Assembly: GCA_010909165.1 (NCBI GenBank)
Contig: VJWM01000117.1
Coordinates: forward strand, 868,001 to 932,000
Source: Anthoceros angustus
Lineage: Eukaryota; Plantae; Anthocerotophyta
Length of the DNA stretch: 64,000 nucleotides
Reading direction: 5' to 3'
Below the pieces are notes generated by a model that did no database searches, had not been told where the DNA came from, and saw nothing but the letters and a program-made list of their open reading frames with translations. The number at the start of each line of letters is the position of its first letter. The stretch's first letter is position 1. Below are positions 55,790-64,000 of the stretch, one piece after another. The translations under genes and the position numbers were made by a program.

Positions 55790-57502
55790 CATGCCGCTCC
55801 CGCAGCAGCCGACACTGGGGGTAGCCCCGCTGCCGCCGGATTCCGACGTGGATGTGCAGCCGTTTGAGAACATGGAGTGGGCCACAGGGCAGCTCAACGA
55901 TGTGGGTGAAACGGAAATCTTCCGAGCGGAGCAAGACCACTACGACGGTGTTATTGTGGATCCCGCATGCTTGCCCGCCGACGCCTCCACTTTCCAACGA
56001 ATGTTGCAAGCGTCCCTGACTGTCTGGCGGGTTCAGGTAGGAATATGCAGCTAGCGAGCCAGGCAGGATTGTTTATGCACTTTGGATCATGCGGTTTTTG
56101 AGACATTTTTCGTTTGTTTCAGCGGAGAAAGGGAGTTTGGCTGAAATTGCCCACAGAGAATGCTAACCTGGTCGCCCCTGCTATCGAGGTTTTGCTGTTA
56201 CCAAAGTCGTTATGTTGTAGGTCTGAGAGTAGTTGATTCGTTCGTCACTGTAGTTGTGTTTGTGGGTGTAGGCAGGGTTCGGCTATCACCATGCAGAACC
56301 TGCCTATGTGATGTTGACTTACTGGCTCCCGGACAGCCCTTCCACACTTCCTGCGAATGCCTCACACCAAGTTGGTATCGGGGCGTTTGTGATGAATGAC
56401 AAAGGGGAGGTACGTGGGCATCAGCTTCTGGAATGCAATTTCGTCCTTGCATGCCCTTTGTAACTAGGAACTGTCGACTTGACAGGTTTTAGCGGTCCAA
56501 GAGAAGAATGGGATACTCAAGAACAGTGGATTCTGGAAGATGCCAACCGGCTTGATTAACCAGGTACTGTCCCTTTCCCGAGCAGTGCACTGCACTGTTC
56601 AGCTCGCTGTGCTTGGAGCTTCTGTTGTAAGGTTGTTTCCTGATGTCTCCCTTCTGATTGCTGCTGCGAGCTCGTGTTTGCCTTTTAGCCTAGTCCAGGG
56701 ACGAGTTTGATGTGAATTAGGATCTCTAACTAGAGCGATGATGATGAGTGATGTGAAAGGTTGTTTGCATGAGGCCGTTGCTCCAAGCCAGCGAGCTGCA
56801 GGACGAGTGGGAGCAGCCTTAATGACGGTTCTGCTGTTTGTGCTGTAGGGTGAGGACATTTGGTCGGGTGCAGTGAGGGAAGTGAAGGAAGAGACTGGGG
56901 TAGTGTTCCCTATCCTGGTGTCCTGGTTGCAGCGAGAACGTGATTGAAATCAATCAGAAGATGCTAATGCTGTGCTGGTCCAAATGCGTGCAGATTGATA
57001 CTGAATTTGTAGAGGTGGTGGGATTTAGGTGAGAGGATAAACCTCAGAAATACTTGTGCACTATGGGCCAAGCATTGGCATACACATGCTGGTAGGTCTG
57101 ATTCAAATACGTTGTTGGTGAAACAGGCAGGGACACCAAGTTGCGTTTGACAAGTCAGACTTGTTCTTCTTGTGCGTCCTCCGGCCCCTCTCATCGAAGA
57201 TTGTGAAGCAAGAGTCTGAAATTGCCGCAGCCCAGGTACAAGGCACTAGGTCCATGTGAGTTCCGACTTTCCCCACCCTGCCTCATCTAAACCAATGAAG
57301 GTCATTTGTGGTGCAGTGGATGCCTATGGAAGAGATCTATGCACAACCTTTAGTTGGCAAAGGAAAATTCAAGAAAATGCTGGACTTGTGTGTTGCCAGC
57401 TGCCAGGGCCGTTACAAGGGGCTGTCTGTCGATAGGTCATCCGCATTCCAGGGCATCTCATTTGATTTCTATGCCAGTAGCAGTAGCTTCGACTTGCAGT
57501 GA
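55790..57502 (+). CDS. NUDX: Nudix hydrolase (plant NUDX2/7/8/10-like, NADH/ADP-ribose pyrophosphatase family); start uncertain
   Basis: DHYDGVIVD, WLKLPTENANLV, YHHAEPAYVMLTYWLP..LPANASHQVGIGAFVMND, FWKMPTG, Nudix box GEDIWSGAVREVKEETG, KSDLFFLCVLRPLS and WMPMEE. Confidence 0.9.
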
Positions 57503-57989
57503 ACATCTCCCCTTCCGTGTACCATATTGTATCAGTACCATTAGTCCTGTTGTTAGTGACTGCTGTAACTACGCTGGAGAACAAGCGTTCCCAACGCTAC
57601 GTTAATATTGGAACGCTTGTGAATATGTTGGGTCTACCTTTCTTATCGTCCATAAAAGCTCTACACCTGGGATTGCAATGTCACATCATGGCCTCCTTTA
57701 ACCTCGATGGACGAAGCTATGTGCTATGTACTCTTTTTGAGTCTTTGGATGTATATAGTTATTCTTATTATCTTGTATTCATTTTTTGGTACTTTTTAGC
57801 GTGAAATATTATTTTATATATTAATAACTATATAATTATCTAAAGGTTTGATGCCTTGTATGATCTTCCAATTGGCTTAGAAGGCAAAGAAGATGCCAAA
57901 GAATCTTTAAACGGTTAGACTTGATTATGGTTACGACCATAGAATCTTTAGATGGTTAGACTTGATTATGGTCTGATCACCACCTGTCC

Positions 57990-58550
57990 TTACACGTTAA
58001 GCGAGTTGAAGTCTTGTAAGAAACCAGCGCGAGTTGAAGTCTTGTGCTGATGACCACCTTTCCTTGCATGTTAAGCGAGTTGAAGTCTTGTAAGAAACCA
58101 GTGCGAGTTGTAGTCCTGTATTGATGACCACCTTTCCTTGCATGTTAAGCGAGTTGAAGTCTTGTAAGAAACAAGTGCGAGTTGAAGTCTAAGTCTTTGT
58201 ACTAATCACCACCTTCCCTTGAAGTCTTGTACTTTGTACTGATCACCACCTTTCCTTGAATTCTTGTACTGATCACCACTTTACCTTGAGGTCTTATATT
58301 GATCACTACCTTTCCTTGAAGTCTTGAATTGATTACCACCTTTTTTTGAAGTCTTATATTGATCACCACCTAGCAAGTTGAAGTCTTGAAACAAGTGCGA
58401 GTTGAAGTCGAAGTCTTGTGTTGATCCCCACCTTTCCTTGCACGTTAAGCGAGTTGAAGTCTTGTAAGAAACTTGAAGCCTTGTAAGAAACTTGAAGCCT
58501 TGTAAGAAACTTGAAGTCTTGTAAGAAACAAGTATGAATTGAAGTCTTGT
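57990..58550. repeat. Degenerate minisatellite (gagttgaagtcttgtaagaaac and gatcaccacctttccttg motifs)
   Basis: Both motifs recur many times with variable spacing. Confidence 0.9.
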
Positions 58551-58930
58551 AAGAAACAAGTGCATTGCTCATACGACACCTCGCAATAGTGAGAAGAAAC
58601 TGCGAGGGTTGAAGTCTTCTAAGAAACAAGTGCATTGCTCATACGACATCTCGCGATAGTGAGAAGAAACTGCGGGGGTTGAAGTCTTGTAAGAAACAAG
58701 TGCATTTCTCATACGACACCTCGCAATAGTAAGAAGAAACTGCGGGGGTTGAAGTCTTGTAAGAAACAAGTGCATTTCTCATACGATACCTCGCAATAGT
58801 GAGAAGAAATTGCGGGGGTTGAAGACTTATAAGAAACAAGTGCATTGTTCATACGACACCTCGCAATAGTGAGAAAAAATTGTGGGGATTGCAGTCTTGT
58901 AAGAAACAAGTGCATTGCTCATTCGACACC
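58551..58930. repeat. 70 bp tandem repeat, five full copies plus a partial copy
   Basis: aagaaacaagtgcattgctcatacgacacctcgcaatagtgagaagaaactgcgggggttgaagtcttgt at 58551, 58621, 58691, 58761 and 58831. Confidence 0.95.
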
Positions 58931-60900
58931 TCGCAATAGTGAGAAGAAACTATACCCTCGCTCATACGACACCTCGGAATAGTGAGAAGAAACTATACCC
59001 CCGCTCATACAACACCTCGCAATAGTGAGAAGAAATTACACCCCCGCTCATAACACTTCGCAATAGTGAGAAGAAATTACACCCCTGCTCATACAACACC
59101 TCGCAATAGTGAGAAGAAATTACACCCCCGCTTATATTACGATACCTCGCGCTAGTGAGAAGAAACTACACCCCTGCTCATACTACGACAGCTCGCAATA
59201 GTGAGAAGAAACTACATCCCCGCTCATAACTACATCCCCGCTCATACGACACCTGGCAATAGTGAGAAGAAACTACACCCCCACTCATACTACGATACCT
59301 CGCAATAGTGAGAAGAAACTACACCCCCATTCACATGAAGACTAAGATTCGAAAGAAACTACACCCACGCTCGAAGAAACTAGATCAATAGTGAGAAGAA
59401 ACTACACCCCCACTCCCCGCTCGAAGAAACTAGATCAATAGTGAGAAGAAACTACACCCCCACTCCCCGCTCGAAGAAACTATACCCCCGCTCATACGAC
59501 ACCTCGCAATGGTGAGAAGAAACTAAACCCCCACTCACCTGAAGATCAAGATTCAGAAGAAACTACCCCCCACTTGAAGAAACTACACCAATAGTGAGAA
59601 GAAACTACACCAATAGTGAGAAGAAACTACACCAATAGTGAGAAGAAACTACACCAATAGTGAGAAGAAACTACACCAATAGTGAGAAGAAACTACACCA
59701 ATAGTGAGAAGAAACTACACCAATAGTGAGAAGAAACTACACCCCACTCCTCGCTCAAAGAAACTACACCTGCTCATACAACACAATAGTGAGAAGAAAT
59801 TACACCCCGCTTATATTACGATACCTCGCTAGTGAGAAGAAACTACACCCGCTCATACTACTGACATTTCGCAATAGTGAGAAGAAACTACATCCCGCTC
59901 ATAACTACATCCCGCTCATACGACACCGCAATAGTGAGAAGAAACTACACCCCACTCCTACGATACCTGCAATAGTGAGAAGAAACTACACCCCATTCAC
60001 ATGAAGACTAAGATTCAAAGAAACTACACCCCACTCAAGAAACTAGATCAATAGTGAGAAGAAACTACACCCCACTCCCTCAAGAAACTAGATCAATAGT
60101 GAGAAGAAACTACACCCCACTCCTCAAGAAACTATACCCCGCTCATACGACACCTCGCAATGGTGAGAAGAAACTAAACCCCCACTCACAAGATCAAGAT
60201 TCGGAAGAAACTACCCCCACTTGAAGAAACTACACCAATAGTGAGAAGAAACTACACCAATAGTGAGAAGAAACTACACCAATAGTGAGAAGAAACTACA
60301 CCAATAGTGAGAAGAAACTACACCAATAGTGAGAAGAAACTACACCAATAGTGAGAAGAAACTACACCAATAGTGAGAAGAAACTACACCCCACTCCTCG
60401 CTCAAAGAAACTACACCGCTCATACAACACCTCGCAATAGTGAGAAGAGACTACACCCCACTCCCGCTCAAGAAACTAGATCAATAGTGAGAAGAAACTA
60501 CACCCCACTCCTCGAAGAAACTATACCCCGCTCATACGACACCTCGCAATGGTGAGAAGAAACTAAACCCCCACTCACCTGAAGATCAAGATTCAGAAGA
60601 AACTACCCCCCACTTGAAGAAACTACACCAATAGTGAGAAGAAACTACACCAATAGTGAGAAGAAACTACACCAATAGTGAGAAGAAACTACACCAATAG
60701 TGAGAAGAAACTACACCAATAGTGAGAAGAAACTACACCAATAGTGAGAAGAAACTACACCAATAGTGAGAAGAAACTACACCCCCACTCCTCGCTCAAA
60801 GAAACTACACCCCTGCTCATACAACACCTCGCAATAGTGAGAAGAGACTACACCCCCACTCCCCGCTCGAAGACACTACACCCCCACTCCCCACTCAAAG
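58931..60900. repeat. Minisatellite with core aatagtgagaagaaactacacc, including three blocks of seven perfect 22-mers
   Basis: Perfect 7x22 blocks at 59590-59743, 60237-60390 and 60630-60783, embedded in larger repeated units. Confidence 0.95.
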
Positions 60901-61167
60901 AAATTACACCCTCACTGGCATGTATGCAGAATGTGCTAGTGTAAAGGATTCTTGCAGCGTGTTGGACAAACTACCTGCGAGAGGCTAGTTTGGTGATGCT
61001 ACAAATGTGTGAACGCTGCCTCGTAATATATGGAACCAGACGCTAGCGAGCGCTGTACCATTAGATTAAACCTCGGTCGAAGGTTGCCTAAATGCCAGAA
61101 CCTCAAAAGCTTCCATTCCATCATGACATTCTTTTCCTCCATTTCTTTTTTCTCCATCCCTGAATTC

Positions 61168-63590
61168 TGAAAATGTCAGGATTGATTTTCATTCATCATT
61201 CAAGCATTATGCACAAATTACTGGTGAAGCGTCAAAGTGTAACCGTCCATTAAGTGACTTTTCGTACCTAACCTAGTAAGGGCGAACTGTGCCTACCTTA
61301 GGTGCTATGTTATTAATAACACTTCCACTTAGTGCCTAGTATTAGGTCTAAGCTTCTACTTATGTTAATGTTATTGCTAACTTTTGATAATCTTTTTCGT
61401 CCCATATTCATTATATGTTCTTAATGCTTGATGGAGCTGAGTGCCTTCATAAGCACGTCCGCCGTCATCTATTCTGTTGGGCCGTATAAAATGATAAACT
61501 TGCCTTCATCGACTACTTGTCGTCTAATGTGGAATTGTACTTCCAGATGCTTTGTCCGAGCGTGGAACTTCGGATTATATGTAAGCGTGATAGCACTTTA
61601 ATTGTCGCAATAAAGTGGCCTAGGAATCCTCTGGGTCTCTCTCATAACTCTGAAAGTTGAAGGAGTTGCCAGAGTCCTTCCTTGCATGCATGAGTGAGTG
61701 AGCAATACTCAGCCTCGGTTGAGTTGAGCACCACTACCTGCTGCCGCTTGCTATTCCAGCTTGTTCTTGTGCCTCCAAGTAGGTATATGTAGTTGCTTGT
61801 ACTCTTTCTGTCGTCGATGTTATCGGCCTAGTCGATGTCACTAAAACCTTCAAGTTGTAGAGGCTCTCCTTGATTAATATGTGATTGGTAAAGCAACCCT
61901 AGGTCCAGAGTTGTTCTGAGGTATCAAAATATCCTCTTAATTTCCTTCCAACGAGCTTGGGTAGGAGATGACAGGAACTGTGATAGAGCTCGCACTGAAA
62001 AGGATAAGTCTCGTCTAGTGCAAACCATAAGGTACATAAGACTACCTATGGCTGAAGAGTAAGGAAGAGTATGTGCTGTTCCACCAGTGGGTCTGGCTAT
62101 TGGGACTAGGGGGTTGCCTAGGCGCCCCACATAGCCCCAAAATTTGCATTCTTTGAGGATGTTTGTAATTATGAATTTCCATACATAAAAGTTTTGCTGC
62201 TAACCGTCGAATTTGTCCTCTTTGGATAGGCTTTAAACGCTGGAAAAGATGGTGGATTTGGTGCTCAAGAGGCTAAATGCCATATTTCTGAGGGTACAGG
62301 AGATGTCCAGTTGCATGGTAAGGAGAACTCTGCAAGTTCTTTATAGAAATTTTATGTGGGCAGAAGGCCGATCTAGGTTAGTGAGTTTTCCTATGACTGA
62401 ATTCTGTACTTCTTCTATTTCGTGTGTAGATGGCAGCCTGAAAAGGTTATGTTGTCGGCATAAGGAGTTAAAGCAAGAGAGGATTTGCTCTTTGACATCG
62501 TTTAGGGAAATAGGGGCAATTATGTCTAGGCAGGTGGTGTTGCATGAGGTAAGTACTTGCATTCATATGAGCAGTTCCTCAACAGACAACCAAGAAAACA
62601 AATCAAATATGCAAATATAGGTGCAAATCAATAACAATAGGTGAGAGTAGCTCACACGTCGTGACACACACACACTCTCCCCACGAGAACAACATGCAAA
62701 TTCCTCACACATCGCTCTCAGAGTCATAGCCTTGGCCTCCTCACAACACTCTTGTATTGCATACTTAGAGAACAAGCTATGATCTAAGCTTGTCCTCTGT
62801 GAAAGGGTCTATATATACTAGCCTTTAGCATCGGCATATTCCTAAGATATCCTATTGGCATAAGCATATGCCAGAAATATCCTAAGAATATACTATAATA
62901 TGCAAGGAATATGCTAAAGCATATTACTTGCGCTTATCCACTTAGCTATTGCTAACCATGTTTAATCAACGCTTAATTGACATAAGCACTTTAGATTAAT
63001 TAATACTAATTACTTACTTAAAATAAGTAATTAGATTAATCAATACAAATCAAACACTAAACCCAAGTGTAGAGATTAATGTTACACGCATGACAATGGT
63101 GAACTCTTTCTTCATTGTTGATAGACTAGGTATTCAACCTGAATGTATGATTAATCATACTCGTTGGGGTCTACATGCCCACTTTGGGTGATCTCTTTTG
63201 CTATTAGTAGTAATACGCTACAGGTTGTGATCCAGCCGTAATGCCAAAGGTTCTCTATTGCTTCCTTAAGGAATTGTTGTTCTCTGTGGAATTTGCGCCA
63301 TTCAAGGTACTCAGCTACTTGCATGCCTTTCTTTCAAGGCGCCAGCGCCTCTTGTCACTTGGCATTGGAATGCCGTGGGCAGGGCATGGTGGTTTGACTG
63401 GATTGGTGCTCAGGGAGGCGAAGCTCCTGCTCTGATACGATGAAAATGTCAGGATTGATTTTCATTCAGCGTTCAAGCGTTATGTACAATGGTGAAGTGT
63501 CAAAGTGTAACCGTCATTAACGTGACTTTTCGTATCTAACCTAGTAAGGGCGAACCGTGCCCTAACTTAGGCGCTATGTTATTAATAACA
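61168..63590 (-). mobile_element. Internally deleted Ty1/Copia LTR retrotransposon (2.4 kb)
   Basis: LTRs at 63441-63590 and 61168-61321 (TG..CA on minus). TSD AATTC at 61163-67 and 63591-95. tRNA-iMet PBS (tcgtatcagagc) at 63429-63440. RT/RNaseH remnant YSSAIGSLMYLMVCTRRDLSF..LEGFSD.D..DDRKST..STEAEY..FHARTKHLEV..ADVLMKAL at ~61440-62070, with stops. Confidence 0.92.
62538..62904. mobile_element. LTR-like repeat nested in the Copia element (relative of 17957-18439)
   Basis: Shares both ends with the 18 kb copy but lacks ~110 bp of its middle. No TSD is visible. Confidence 0.55.
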
Positions 63591-63629
63591 AATTCTTTTG
63601 CTTCAGCACTGACTTCTTTTCCTCGATCC

Positions 63630-63990
63630 TTGTGTGGCCTCGGTGGTAGGATCAATACTATGATCTATCCGATAGCTTACAAGAGTGTAAGAGTGTGGCC
63701 CCAATGATAGGATCAATACTAGAATCTCTCGTCTAGAGCTCGGCTCACCCCTACTCATAGGGACACTTACTTCATTCCTAAGGTAGTCTGCTTGCTCATA
63801 GAGACTAGGGGGAAAAAGGAATGAGCAAGCCGTGGGTATAGCTCATGGAGACCAGGGGAGGAAAGAATGAGCAAGCCGTGAGTCTGTAGTTGTAGTTTTG
63901 AACATTTTGGGTTTGAAGAAGAAACTAGTTTTGAATATTTTGGGTTCCGAAAAGTAGATTGGAATATTTTGGGTTCCAAGAAGAAAGTCT
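63630..63990. repeat. Short local duplications and ~30 bp repeats, likely TE-derived
   Basis: gtgtggcc..taggatcaatacta x2, gaatgagcaagccgtg x2 and attttgggtt.. x3. Confidence 0.6.
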
Positions 63991-64000
63991 TTCAGGGCTA

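Noticed and set aside
58931-60900. CRISPR-like array (constant ~22 bp motif with variable spacers)
   Set aside because: The spacers are variants of each other or absent, there are no cas genes and the context is eukaryotic. It is a minisatellite.

Overview
Eukaryotic nuclear DNA from a non-seed land plant with compact, GC-rich genes and short GT-AG introns. A PPR remnant with a DYW:KP-type (U-to-C editing) deaminase domain points to a hornwort-like genome (inference; ferns and lycophytes also have this domain). The left half (1-33 kb) is a rearranged, repeat-rich zone. It holds three partial or damaged methionine aminopeptidase 2 (MAP2) copies, three pieces of a divergent TORNADO1-like LRR-Roc-COR (ROCO) gene (one near full length), and a DnaJ-Zn/DUF2389 gene with a decayed copy. 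It also holds a 5'-truncated importin-11 joined to a PPR fragment, a dynamin DRP1 pseudogene, further PLS-PPR remnants and several small transposons. The right half (34-57.5 kb) is a tidy run of housekeeping genes: SCPL, TAD1, EMC7, a ZIFL MFS transporter, CCT3, WAPL and a Nudix hydrolase. An orphan, intronless, AT-rich RING-H2 ORF interrupts this run. The window ends with a ~3 kb structured minisatellite and a 2.4 kb deleted Copia element (LTRs, PBS and TSD intact). The most striking observations are the TAD1 and EMC7 start codons overlapping in one GCCATGGC palindrome, the multi-switch mosaic duplication with a templated filler, and the ROCO array. Single-base homopolymer deletions in otherwise intact genes suggest long-read consensus errors, so frameshift-based pseudogene calls are provisional. 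All coordinates were read by eye and all family assignments rest on remembered motifs, not database searches.
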